DNA from: Terriglobia bacterium
GTDB lineage: Bacteria; Acidobacteriota; Terriglobia; JAJPHL01; JAPKYU01
DNA length: 64,000 nt
Assembly: GCA_965206645.1 (NCBI GenBank)
Contig: CBDBKE010000004.1
Location: 1,504,001-1,568,000 of the forward strand
Reading direction: 5' to 3'
Position numbers and translations under genes: made by a program. Positions 18,984 to 29,558 of the stretch are shown here, piece by piece (position 1 is the first letter of the stretch; the number at the start of each line of letters is the position of its first letter). Under the pieces are notes generated by a model. That model had not been told where the DNA came from. It saw nothing but the letters and a program-made list of their open reading frames with translations, and did not search any database.

Positions 18984-20444
18984 TCACGATCTAATGTAGC
19001 GCAGGCAGGCAGCGGCCGCAGCCCGTCCGCTGCGAATACAGTCGGAAATACCCACGCCCGACTCCCAGTTCCCGGCCAGAAACAGCCCCGGATGGCGCAG
19101 CAATCGCTGCTGGACTGCTGCCACCCGCTGCTGGTGCCCGAGAGCATATTGGGGCATGGAGCGAGGCCAGCGGTAGATGCGCACAAACAGCGGCGCTTCG
19201 CCCAGCCCGAGAATGCTTTTCAGTTCTTCCCGCACCAGCGCCGCAACCTGCTCATCGTCCAGTTTCAGGACGGCCTCATCACGGCTGCCGCCCAGGAAAC
19301 AACGCAGCAGTGCGCGGTCCGGCGGAACCCGCGTGGGGAACTTGGTGTGGACGAACGTGCAGGCCAGGAGCCGCCGCCCTTCCTCGCGGGGCACCAGGAA
19401 ACCAAAGCCGGGCGGAAGCTGCTCGCGGACGTGCGATGGGTAGCCCAGGGCTACCGTTAGGGACGAGGAGTACGGCGTGGCGGCCAACGGAGTGGCCAGT
19501 TCCCCATCCAGCCCCCGAATCAGGCGCGCCGATTCATGACTCGGCAGCGCCAGAACCAGCGCGTCAAAATCCAGGAAGATTCGTCCTTGTGCCACCAGGT
19601 TGTAGCTGCGCCGACCGGCCCGCTCGGTGACCTGAATCGCCGCCACGGGTGTCCGGTAGAGGATTCTGGGCCTGTCTTCCCCGCCCTCCAGTCGCGCCTG
19701 GATCGCCTCGACGAACTGCGCCAGGCCGCTCCGCAGCGTGGAAAACAGCGGCCGTGGCGCGGGCGCGGGTGGCGCCCGGCGGGCGTTCCTGCGCGCTTGG
19801 AGCGCGGCGCGAATCAGGCTGCCGTGCTGTTGCTCCATTCCGACGAAACGCGGCAAGGTGGCCTGCATGCTTAGCTGCGCGGCCTCGCCACCATAGACAC
19901 CCGCCAGTAATGGGTCGGCGATGCGCTCCACCATGGCCTTGCCAAAGTGCCTGGAGACGAAGCTGGCCACTGTCTCCTCTTGAGCGCGGCGGGTTCCATG
20001 GAACAGCTCGCGCAGCATCTTTAGCTTTTGCCCCCACGGGATAAGGGGCGTAGTCACCATGGGCAGCAGCTGCGTCGGGACCAGGAACTGCAGCCCGTCG
20101 GGCAGCGGGACGAGCTTCTGACGGTGCAGGATATAGGTGCGGCGCGCGGAGTCATTTGAGCCAATGACGTCAGCCGCAATCCCCAGTTCCGTCGCCAGCT
20201 CGAAAGCCTGTGGTTTTTCGGTGAGAAACGAATCAGGGCCGGCTTCGACGACGCAGCCCTCGGCGCGGTCGGTGTGAATGACACCCCCCAGCCGCGCGCT
20301 CCCCTCGAACAGGTGCTCCTCGATCGACTGCCCGGCCGCCCGCGCCATCGCCAGGTCGAAAGTCGCGGCCAGTCCCGAGATGCCGCCGCCCACGACCGCT
20401 ACCCGGCCGGGCATCGCTTGTTCATTTTTCCGAATCGCGTCCAT
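18984..20444 (-). CDS. hemY: Proto-/coproporphyrinogen oxidase (HemY type)
   Basis: VVGGGISGL, EAGPDSFL, PLLAGVYGG, GFGFLVP and GVGISDCI motifs. Confidence 0.9.
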   Translation of the reverse strand: MDAIRKNEQAMPGRVAVVGGGISGLAATFDLAMARAAGQSIEEHLFEGSARLGGVIHTDRAEGCVVEAGPDSFLTEKPQAFELATELGIAADVIGSNDSARRTYILHRQKLVPLPDGLQFLVPTQLLPMVTTPLIPWGQKLKMLRELFHGTRRAQEETVASFVSRHFGKAMVERIADPLLAGVYGGEAAQLSMQATLPRFVGMEQQHGSLIRAALQARRNARRAPPAPAPRPLFSTLRSGLAQFVEAIQARLEGGEDRPRILYRTPVAAIQVTERAGRRSYNLVAQGRIFLDFDALVLALPSHESARLIRGLDGELATPLAATPYSSSLTVALGYPSHVREQLPPGFGFLVPREEGRRLLACTFVHTKFPTRVPPDRALLRCFLGGSRDEAVLKLDDEQVAALVREELKSILGLGEAPLFVRIYRWPRSMPQYALGHQQRVAAVQQRLLRHPGLFLAGNWESGVGISDCIRSGRAAAAACLRYIRS

Positions 20445-20533
20445 CTTCGGCAGGGGCTTCGGGCCCTTCGCACGACGAAACGGAAAAGCCGCGCGAACGC
20501 TCCAGGAGTAGCGCCTTCCCTCGCAATTTGGAA

Positions 20534-20836
20534 CTAGTCAGGCAGAATTTCCGCGTCCAAGACCCGGGGCTGGTCGAGATAATGAGGCAAGGCAAACTCA
20601 GCCAGGAAGCGCTCCACCCTGATGAATGCTCCTCGCCACTCGCCGGGCGGGTGCGGCTGATCGGCCGGGTGGCGGCACGGACCGCTGCTGCCGTACTGGT
20701 GACCAAAATCGCTCTCGACAATCTCGTCGAAGTGTTTGAGGCTTTCCCAGGCTTCATTGCTCACAGTACCACCGAGATCGATCTTTATGCTGATAGTCCG
20801 CAACTGCAGTGAATCTTTCACAGCTCCACGTTGCAA
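20534..20836 (-). CDS. Small hypothetical protein
   Basis: Fills the gap between co-oriented genes; no recognised motif. Confidence 0.5.
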   Translation of the reverse strand: MQRGAVKDSLQLRTISIKIDLGGTVSNEAWESLKHFDEIVESDFGHQYGSSGPCRHPADQPHPPGEWRGAFIRVERFLAEFALPHYLDQPRVLDAEILPD

Positions 20837-20848
20837 GGTGCGAACGGG

Positions 20849-22816
20849 TCAGGGCTGGCAGGGTTGCACGTCGGCGTTGACCGCCAGGGTAGTGAAGGGT
20901 GGGCTGCTTACTCCTTCTATGGTCACTATAATGGGCACGGCCGGCCCCGAGGGAGGATCCTCATTCTCATCCGGAATGCGAATATTGATCTGCCAGGCTC
21001 CAACAAAGTCGGGCGCGGCTCCGCTGTATTCGACAGTGACGGGAACACCGCCTAGCGTGACCTCCGGAAGCGTGGGCGTCTCCGACAGAGGGCTGGATGG
21101 AGCGGGTTCCCCAGTAGCTGGCTCCGGCGTCAAGGCACCCTGACCGGTGCCAAACAATTGCACCACTGAATCCGGCTCCGCGGGCTTGGCGTTGACCAGG
21201 CAGCCATCCACCGAAACCACCGAGCCATCTTCGTTGAGCGCCGCGACGGGGCCGAAACCGGTCTGGGCTCCAACGACCGTATCCCCTACCGCGTGGTTAT
21301 TGGCAAGAAAAGCAGCGAAGGTAGTTTCCGTGACCGATATGACTTTGACGACTTCGGCGTTGTCTCCTGAGCCAACCAGAAGATATATGCCGGGGTAAAT
21401 CCCAGCCATGCTCGCTGGCGTTATCGTCTCCAATCCCAGAGAAGCCGGCGTATTCAGGGTCGTGCTTACCGTCGTCAATTGCGAGAAAAGCGCAGGACTG
21501 GCCACGCCCAGCAAGAACTCCCCTTGCAGCTGACTGCCGCCTGATCTGAAGACAACAAAGGGAACGGTCCGTACTTCGCCGGCCTGAATGTCTTGCGCCA
21601 GTTCGGCGGGAATTTGGAAATTAATCTGAGTCGGGGAAACGAAAAACAGCGGCGCATTCAGCTCCACGCTGCCTCCTGGGCCAATCACCAGCCCGCCCGT
21701 GTCCAGGCGGACTCTGACGCCCCCCAGCGTGGTGGGCAGGGGAAAGCCGGTGGCGAACTCGGTTTGGCTGGCCAAGTCGGTCCCGAAGCCGGAAACGATC
21801 ATGCCGGGCGCCAAGGAGCCGCCTTGGAAGGCAGCCGCGTTGACGATTGTGAAGCTCCCAACCACGGGAATATCTATGAGGGCGACGCTGTTGTTTGAGG
21901 GCAGAACCACCGCCGTTTGGCGCCCCCCCTGGTTGGTTGCCGCAGCGGTCGGGCCGGTTAGGCTGCTGAACTGCCCTATCACCTCGTTGGTGGTCAAATC
22001 CAGAAGTACCGCCTGATTGGTGGTGTTACTGGAGATGACAGCCGTATTGGTACGGATGTGGATGGCGACCCCTTGCGGAGACCCGATGGGGAGTTCTTCG
22101 ATCTCCCCGGCACCCAGCTTCACGATGGAAATGCTGTTCCCATTGGCATTGCACACCACCGCCACGTTGGTGACAGGATTGACGGCCACGGCTACCGGGG
22201 ACGCTCCCAGGGGCAGCGTGCCGACGACGCGCGCCTCCACCAGATCCACCAGAATAATGCTGTTCTGTGCCGGGCTGGCCACCACCGCCACGTTGGTGGC
22301 GCTGTTGACCGCCACCGCCTGTACGGCGCCCGACAGCACCGCGCCTGCCAGCACCGGGACATCGGGTACCGTGCCCACGACGGTGCGCGTGGTCAAGTCA
22401 ATCAGGGACAAGGAGTCGCTGTTGGCATTGGACACGACTGCGATATGGGTGCTGCTGTTGATGTCCACGCTAAAGGGTCTGCTCCCGACCGGAACGCGGG
22501 CGACAACCTGTAAGGTGACCAGGTTAATTAGCGTGACCTCGTTGCTTTCCGAATTGGCCACCACGGCCAGGCCTAACCGGTCGTCCACGGCCACCCCAGC
22601 CGCTGTGGACACCGACTCTTCTACCGTGCGCAACTCCAGAGTTCCCAGGTCCAGCATGTTCACTGAGTTGTTGGCGAAGCTGCTCACGATGAGCTGATTC
22701 CCCGACGGGTAAAAAGCCACACCGCGCGGTACCGCACCAACGGGAATCTGCTGCGCCTCTTGCGCAAAAGCCGATACACACACGAGCGCCAGAAAGCAGC
22801 AAGCGAAAATCCGCAT
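20849..22816 (-). CDS. Secreted YVTN/YncE beta-propeller protein with TIGR03437-like C-terminal domain
   Basis: Repeats of P..VAVN..TN.AVV.N; VNAAAF..LAPG, PLFFVSPTQINFQIP and YSGAAPDFVGAWQINIRIP. Confidence 0.88.
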   Translation of the reverse strand: MRIFACCFLALVCVSAFAQEAQQIPVGAVPRGVAFYPSGNQLIVSSFANNSVNMLDLGTLELRTVEESVSTAAGVAVDDRLGLAVVANSESNEVTLINLVTLQVVARVPVGSRPFSVDINSSTHIAVVSNANSDSLSLIDLTTRTVVGTVPDVPVLAGAVLSGAVQAVAVNSATNVAVVASPAQNSIILVDLVEARVVGTLPLGASPVAVAVNPVTNVAVVCNANGNSISIVKLGAGEIEELPIGSPQGVAIHIRTNTAVISSNTTNQAVLLDLTTNEVIGQFSSLTGPTAAATNQGGRQTAVVLPSNNSVALIDIPVVGSFTIVNAAAFQGGSLAPGMIVSGFGTDLASQTEFATGFPLPTTLGGVRVRLDTGGLVIGPGGSVELNAPLFFVSPTQINFQIPAELAQDIQAGEVRTVPFVVFRSGGSQLQGEFLLGVASPALFSQLTTVSTTLNTPASLGLETITPASMAGIYPGIYLLVGSGDNAEVVKVISVTETTFAAFLANNHAVGDTVVGAQTGFGPVAALNEDGSVVSVDGCLVNAKPAEPDSVVQLFGTGQGALTPEPATGEPAPSSPLSETPTLPEVTLGGVPVTVEYSGAAPDFVGAWQINIRIPDENEDPPSGPAVPIIVTIEGVSSPPFTTLAVNADVQPCQP

Positions 22817-23179
22817 AGCAGCTATTTTGACGTGTCAAACCAGCGCGGACAAGGAGGAAAAGGGGCCGCGGGTGAATTACTTTGGCACACCGGTTTCGAA
22901 CGCCCGGCACCAGATGTTCGAACCGGTTCTACACTGGTTCGCACACCGTGTTTCCGGCGACTCGCGCCCTCCGGTGAGGGCACCACCCTTCCCCCTTTGC
23001 GGATAAGAATCTTTGATGGCTGTCATCGGAAGGTTCGATTTGCGTGGGCACCCTGCTTGTGATCAACTGCGTTCCCGAAAGCGTTGCGGGAGGGAAGGAT
23101 TGCGGGAGGGAAGGATAATGAAGAAGCGAATCGCAGCTCTTGTGCTTTGGGCGGAGGGGCGGACAAGAGGGGTGAGAAA

Positions 23180-24556
23180 ATGAGATGTCGTACCGCATTG
23201 CGTTTGATTTCCGGTTTGTTCTTGTGTCTGCCGGCGTGGGCGCAAGCTGGGGAAGCGCAAGCCGCAACCGCAGAACTCAAGGTGTCGGTCGACACCGTTT
23301 GGGTCCTAGTTGCCGCCTTTCTGGTCTTTTGGATGAACGCTGGATTCGGTTGCGTCGAGGCGGGGTTCTGCCGCGCCAAGAACGCAGTCAATATCGTCGG
23401 CAAGAATTTTGTCGTCTTCGGGCTTTCCTCTATCGCGTTTTGGATAGCGGGCTTCGCCATCATGTTCGGCGACGGCAATTCCTTCATGGGCCTCAAGGGG
23501 TGGTTCTTGGCTGGTCTCGATAATAGCCCGGCCATCGAGGCTTATGAGGGCGTCTATAGTTCTATCTCGTGGACCGGTGTCCCGCTGCTGGCGAAGTTTT
23601 TCTTCCAACTCGTGTTTGCCGGTACAGCTGCCACGATCGTTTCCGGCTGCGTTGCCGAGCGGATTCACTACCGAGCCTACATGATTTTCACGCTGGTGCT
23701 GGTCGGGGTGTCCTATCCGATTACGGGCCACTGGATTTGGGGTGCCGGTTGGCTGGCCGATCTGGGCTTCTGGGACTTTGCTGGCTCAACGGTAGTTCAT
23801 TCGGTCGGCGGTTGGGCCGGCCTGGCCGGTATTCTGCTGCTGGGCGCAAGAACTGGGAAATACACTGCTGACGGCTCCGTGCGGCCCATCCCAGGCCATA
23901 GTATGGCTCTCGCTTTCCTGGGCGGGTTGATCCTCTGGCTCGGCTGGTTTGGCTTCAACCCCGGCAGTACGATGGCGGCCGATGGCGTAGCGATCGCCCA
24001 CATTGTGGTGACCACCAACATGGCTTGTGCTGCGGGCCTGTTGGGAGCGACGATGACTGCCTGGTTCTGGCTAGGTAAACCCGACTTCAGTATGACGGTC
24101 AACGGCGCCTTAGGAGGCTTGGTAGCGATTACGGCTCCTTGTGCGTTCGTCGAAGTTTGGGCTGCGATCGTGATTGGTCTAATTGCAGGGATTCTTATTG
24201 TGCCTGCCGTGCTCAGTTTTGACCGGCTGCGGATTGACGACCCTGTGGGAGCCCTCTCGGTCCACTTGGTCAACGGAATCTGGGGAACGCTTTCGATCGG
24301 GCTTTTTGCCACTGCGGCAGCCCCCGGAGGCGGTCCCGACGGCCTGCTTTATGGCGGAGGATTCGCTTCGCTTTGGGCCCAATTCATTGGAGTTGTCGCG
24401 GTTGGCGCATTCACGATAACCCTTTCGCTTTTGGTCTGGGTCATCATTAAATGGACCTTGGGCCTGCGAGTCAGCCCCGAAGATGAAAGTCGTGGCCTCG
24501 ATCTGAGCGAAATGGGAATGGAAGCCTATGCCAGCGACCCGATGCACCGACGCTGA
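23180..24556 (+). CDS. amtB: Ammonium transporter
   Basis: FFFQLVFAGTAATIVSG, DFAGSTVVH, LWLGWFGFN and DDPVGALSVH motifs. Confidence 0.95.
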   Translation: MRCRTALRLISGLFLCLPAWAQAGEAQAATAELKVSVDTVWVLVAAFLVFWMNAGFGCVEAGFCRAKNAVNIVGKNFVVFGLSSIAFWIAGFAIMFGDGNSFMGLKGWFLAGLDNSPAIEAYEGVYSSISWTGVPLLAKFFFQLVFAGTAATIVSGCVAERIHYRAYMIFTLVLVGVSYPITGHWIWGAGWLADLGFWDFAGSTVVHSVGGWAGLAGILLLGARTGKYTADGSVRPIPGHSMALAFLGGLILWLGWFGFNPGSTMAADGVAIAHIVVTTNMACAAGLLGATMTAWFWLGKPDFSMTVNGALGGLVAITAPCAFVEVWAAIVIGLIAGILIVPAVLSFDRLRIDDPVGALSVHLVNGIWGTLSIGLFATAAAPGGGPDGLLYGGGFASLWAQFIGVVAVGAFTITLSLLVWVIIKWTLGLRVSPEDESRGLDLSEMGMEAYASDPMHRR

Positions 24557-24688
24557 TGTCCTGGGCCTGCATCAGCGTGCTCCCGTATGGGCTTCAAGGG
24601 GTGGTTCTTGGTGGACATTACCCAGCACGGTGAGCAGGGCTACGTCTTGGAGTAAATCTATGCACCGACCGGCACTCAACCGGGCTAA

Positions 24689-25057
<369 letters not shown>

Positions 25058-25306
25058 CGCTTTTGGCTATTCTGCGTACATCGTCAAGTTAATAACGCTA
25101 CTTCTTCCGTCCTGTGCGCAGCGTAGTCCTTTACCAAATGCAGGAATTGTTGTTTTTATCCATTTCTAGCGCGGCATAATTCTATAATTTATGCTCATAA
25201 TAGGAAAAACCGATCACCCCAATCCAAAGAATGAGCTTCCCCTAGCTCCTATTTGTTTCTAAAATCACAGGATGGACCGCCATTGTATGAGGAGAGGAGA
25301 CCGATA

Positions 25307-26077
25307 ATGGGAAAGATCCTAAGCTTTGTCCTGATTGTGTTGTTGGCAACGCCGGCCGCATGGGCGGGCGAATCGGAGCAGAGCCAACCAACGCAGAGCG
25401 AACCAGCAGAGGAAGAGAAACCTTGGAGCCTGTCTTTCGACAGCACGTTCGTAAATAAGTATATCTGGCGCGGCCAAAACCTGAACAACAACGCTTCGTT
25501 CCAGCCCGGACTGGCGTTCAGCTACAAGAACCTCACGATTTCTACATGGAGTCAAATCTCGCATACGGCCTTTGGCGATAGCGGTGTGGCCGGTAACCAC
25601 TGGACCGAGCACGACTTGACTGTCGACTACGGCTTGGCACTTAGCGAGAAGGTTTCTATGAACGTGGGTTGGATTAATTACGCATTTCCGAACGTGGGAG
25701 AGGACCGCTACACGAACGAATTCTACAGCGGCATCAGCGTCGACACGCTTTTACAGCCGAGCTTCAGCGTCTACGTTGACCCGCATCTGGGGGACGGCGT
25801 CTACTACAACCTCGGCATCGGTCATGGCCTTGACCTAGGCAAAGGCTTCGGTCTCAACTTGTCAGCTGCGGCCGGCCTGAACCAGGGCCAGTGGATCGAC
25901 ATCACGACGGTTTCCGACGTTGTGCTCGGGGTCGGCCTAGACGTTCCGGTCAGCGATAACGTCACGTTGTCCCCGTTCTGGAACTACATCACGGGCAGTG
26001 ACAGCCTGAGGAGGGGACCGGACGCGTTCTACTTCAGCGGCCACCTCGCGGGGGTGAATCTGAACTACAGTTATTAA
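25307..26077 (+). CDS. Putative outer-membrane porin (TorF/TIGR02001-like)
   Basis: Signal peptide, KYIWRGQ, E.DL.VDY, C-terminal aromatic residue; follows amtB-glnK. Confidence 0.75.
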   Translation: MGKILSFVLIVLLATPAAWAGESEQSQPTQSEPAEEEKPWSLSFDSTFVNKYIWRGQNLNNNASFQPGLAFSYKNLTISTWSQISHTAFGDSGVAGNHWTEHDLTVDYGLALSEKVSMNVGWINYAFPNVGEDRYTNEFYSGISVDTLLQPSFSVYVDPHLGDGVYYNLGIGHGLDLGKGFGLNLSAAAGLNQGQWIDITTVSDVVLGVGLDVPVSDNVTLSPFWNYITGSDSLRRGPDAFYFSGHLAGVNLNYSY

Positions 26078-26914
26078 TCCCGGGTTCATTAGTTCAGACT
26101 CGGGCGTTCCGAAGAGCAGCGACTTCGCCTGCCAGGAATGTCCTGCCTGACTCAGTTATTAAGTTCCGTGGTGTGACGATGGCCACCCGTTCCAATAAGC
26201 TTCATCGGTGACTCTTTCCCGCTTCACATATGGCGCGGAAGCAGCCACCGAGGGTAGTTCTTTTAATCCCCCACCCTTTTGGGAACGCCTGGCAAGTTCA
26301 TCCGAGCAAAAGACGATCCTGGCCGGCCTGATCTTCACCTTTTCTTCGTCTTTGTACTCTGCTGCGCGCCGCGCTGCTTTAGAGCGATGCCCGGGACGCG
26401 ACGGCCCGTTCTCGCCTATTCATTTTGTCCAGGAGCGGATGACGTGCGCAAGCAGCAGTGCACCAAAGGCAAGTGCGGCCAGTAGGGCGGGCGAGACGGC
26501 CGCCAGCACCAGCAGGTCGCGATCCAGGATCAGCCGACGGGAAACGTGCAGCGAGCTGGCGATCAACAGGACACCCATGACGAAATAGAGTGAGCGTAAC
26601 ACCTAGGTTGCCATTTTTCCGCCTGAGCTCATAAGTGGTCACTCGGCGCTGAACTGAATACAATATCACTCGTGCCATCCCCCAATAAGGAGTGCCGGAC
26701 CACGCGCGTTCCGTAGATGACACAAAGGTTTTCCGTATCCGGGTTCAACGTGGATGCAACTGGGGGTGGAGGCTTTAAATGCCGGTACCAAGGGAATCAA
26801 GTGAATAACTTGATGGGGTATCCGTCGGAACTCGAAGTTGCCGTGCGCATGCTATCCAAGCGTGTGAACGCGCCAAGTACTGCGGATTGAAGCCTCTCAA
26901 TTGCTCGCCAGCTT

Positions 26915-27587
26915 TTGTTGCCGACTGTTTGCCATGCCTGCACCTGCCGATGCGTTATAATCTTTTGCCCATCTATAGCCAAACGCACCCGCAAGGTGCG
27001 TGCCCGAAAGCCACCCACGCTCCTGTTGCCGGCCTTTCCCCGGCCTACCGATTTCCAGTGGTGTGCCGCTGGCCTTGCTGTACTGGTGCTGGCAGCCTAC
27101 TGGAATTCGCTGGGCGCTTCATTTCATTTCGATGACCGGGTGCTCTTCAATGACTCTCACGTAGCTGGGCCGGGGTTTGGATGGAAACTGTTTCGCCTCG
27201 AGCAGACGCGCTCCCTAACCTACTGGACCTTCCACCTAAATTTCTTGGCCGGGGGCACTAACCCGAGAGGCTATCACGTAGTGAACGTGATTTTGCACGC
27301 GGCCAATGCCGTACTGATGCTTTGGATCGCGCGGCACCATCTGCCCCGGCTGCCGGCGTTTCTTGCGGCCGGGTTGTTTGCAGTTCACCCCCTGCAAACT
27401 GAAGCGGTCACCTACGTTTTCGCACGCTCCTCGTTGCTGGCCACCTTCTTCGCCCTGCTCTCCTTCGTTCTGTTTCTCCGACGGCGTTATGCTTTCAGCG
27501 CCGTCGCCTTTACGCTCTCCTTATTGGCAAAAGAGGAGACGGTGGCGCTGCCGGCATTCTTGCTGCTGTACGACTTAGGGAAGTGGT
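26915..27587 (+). pseudogene. Truncated TMTC-like (protein O-mannosyltransferase, GT-C) membrane protein
   Basis: YWNSL..FHFDD, GYHVVNVILH, LFAVHPLQTEAVTYV and LLAKEE motifs; similarity stops at LLLYDL and the C-terminal part is missing. Confidence 0.8.
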
Positions 27588-27729
27588 GTGGTATTCCTGC
27601 AGGCCGCTTTGGACCGGACCTGACGCGGAAACCCACGCCCGGGGTCGGGGAACCTATCCAGCACGTAGAAGAGTCGCGAAGCGGCCAGCGCAGAGCACAG
27701 GGCCAGCCCGACGTAATACCACTTCCGCT

Positions 27730-28318
27730 GTGTACTGGCCTCCTGCGCTTGGCCAGTCGCAATCGTTGGTCGGGCATCCAGGTCCAGCCGGTGCGCGAGT
27801 TCTGCGACCCAACCGCAGGCCGCTGGGTCTTCAAGGCCACGGTCTATAAATCTCCTGGCTCCCGAGGGTTCGTCGGCTACGGGGACGCCGACCCCTCCAA
27901 CGTGTCCGCTTTGGTCCGTGGGGCTGAGATGCGCATGGCCGAGACCCGGGCCGTCAACCGAGCCCTCCGCAAGGCTTATGGCATCGGGCTGTGCTCAGTG
28001 GAGGAGCTCGGGACCTTCTCCCCTCGAATCGAGCCCAGCCACGTGTCCACTAAAGCTCCTGTGGCAGCGGCGCAGAGCGTTTCCGGCAATGGGCGCCCGC
28101 GCCTGCGCGACCGGCTCTGCCAGTTGATCCGTCAGCACCGACTCGACCCTGCCTTGGTCAAACTCTATGCCACCGAATTCTGCGGAACCGAAAACCTCCG
28201 CGATGCTACCCCGGAGCGGGTCGAGGCTTTCATCAACAACCTCGCAGAACGAGCTGCCAAGGACCGAGCCGGGCTGCTCTGCCAACTCAACAGCTACGCC
28301 CGGCCCCAGGGAGGCTAA
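27730..28318 (+). CDS. 5'-truncated phage-type protein, putative single-strand annealing protein
   Basis: GYGDA..NV...MAETRAVNRALRKAYGI motif; fused in frame to the TMTC remnant. Confidence 0.55.
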
Positions 28319-28321
28319 GTT

Positions 28322-28765
28322 ATGAAACGTCACATCCCAGGCCTCCACCAGGAGGCGCGCGATGGAGACGACATCCCGGAAGGGATCTTCCTGGTCGAGA
28401 TCGGGCGAGTGTTCTACCGCTACCATCCGCAGAAGCCCTTCTTTGCTCTTCGCTTGGCCATTCTCGAGCCCGAGGAGCTTGCCGGCAGGACGCTGTCCGG
28501 GCGCCTCTACTGTACCCCCAAGGCCCTGTGGAAGCTGAACTGGTTCCTGCGGGACTTTGGTTATGACGCGGAACTGTTGGACCAGGAAATGGTGGACGAA
28601 AAAGCTCTCCTGGGCCTGCGCGGAGTGGTCAGGGTCTCGCACTCCAACGTGAATGGTCGTTCCTACCTCAACCTGGATGGGTTTGCCGCGGCGGGAGAGT
28701 GGGAGGAACTCTCTGCGACGCCCGTCCATAGCAGCGACGGCCAGAAGGAGAGCGATGACCTATAG
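28322..28765 (+). CDS. DUF669-like phage ssDNA-binding protein
   Basis: IPEGIF..I...GR....L..TPKALWKL..FL..FG...LLG..G.V.V pattern with acidic tail. Confidence 0.6.
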   Translation: MKRHIPGLHQEARDGDDIPEGIFLVEIGRVFYRYHPQKPFFALRLAILEPEELAGRTLSGRLYCTPKALWKLNWFLRDFGYDAELLDQEMVDEKALLGLRGVVRVSHSNVNGRSYLNLDGFAAAGEWEELSATPVHSSDGQKESDDL

Positions 28766-29558
28766 CTACACCCAGATCAGCCAGTACCTAGGCTGTCCCC
28801 GCCGCTACCGCCACCGCTATCTGGACGGCTGGCGGGAGAAGGAAACCCGGGCCAGCTTGCTGTTCGGGCGGGTATTTGAGAAGGCTCTTGCCGCCTATTT
28901 CCGCCGCCAGGACAGCGTTGCCGTTCTATTCGAAGAGTGGGGTGCCTATCGCGAGACCCCTTTAGAGTACGCCAATGGCGACAGCTGGGAGCGGATGGTC
29001 CGCCAGGGGGTGCAGCTGCTGGAACGGTTCGCTCAGGATGACCGCATCCGAATTCGCCAGCCTCGCCGCAACCTGCAGGCCAAGCTGGGGCGGCAACTTA
29101 CGAATGGGAACGACTTCGTAGCCTACATTGATGCCCTCGGGTATCTGGACAGCACACGGTGCTTGATCGAGTGGAAAACCACCAGCAGCCGCTACCCGGA
29201 GGAGCCCGAAGGCCTGCTGGGACTTGACCCGCAGCTGGTCTGCTACTCCTGGGTGACCGGCCTGGCCGAGGTCGCCCTGGTCGTGTTCGTGCGCAACCGC
29301 CTGCCTGAAATCCAGTACCTGCGGACGTCGATCAGCGAAGAACAACGCCAGGAGTTCGCGCAATTGGTCGACCAGAGCATCGGCCAGATCGAGGCCGGCC
29401 ACTTCCTACCCCACAGCGACATCCGCTTTCCCCAGAACGGCTGCCTCAGCTGCCCCTACTTGGGACTGTGCCTGGACCGTCCGGAGCTGGTCCAGGCCCG
29501 GCTCTACCGCCGGCCGGAGGCCAACGACCTTGCATGGCTTGACCAACTTGCGGGCTAA
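28755..29558 (+). CDS. PD-(D/E)XK nuclease (RecB/Cas4-like, Fe-S cysteines)
   Basis: YSYTQIS.YLGCP, IDA...IEWKT, QL.CY and CLSCPYLGLC motifs. Confidence 0.85.
   Translation: MTYSYTQISQYLGCPRRYRHRYLDGWREKETRASLLFGRVFEKALAAYFRRQDSVAVLFEEWGAYRETPLEYANGDSWERMVRQGVQLLERFAQDDRIRIRQPRRNLQAKLGRQLTNGNDFVAYIDALGYLDSTRCLIEWKTTSSRYPEEPEGLLGLDPQLVCYSWVTGLAEVALVVFVRNRLPEIQYLRTSISEEQRQEFAQLVDQSIGQIEAGHFLPHSDIRFPQNGCLSCPYLGLCLDRPELVQARLYRRPEANDLAWLDQLAG

Noticed and set aside
26080-26900. tRNA/ncRNA or small membrane gene at the island edge
   Set aside because: No cloverleaf or T-loop motif seen; the hydrophobic 60-aa ORF (26420-26602) is possible but unsupported.
26915-28318. Novel 467-aa glycosyltransferase-recombinase fusion protein
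   Set aside because: Both halves are truncated and are joined by an inverted fragment, so this is a junction chimera.
28755-29558. cas4 of a CRISPR-Cas system
   Set aside because: No cas1/cas2 or array nearby; the context is a phage-type recombination module.
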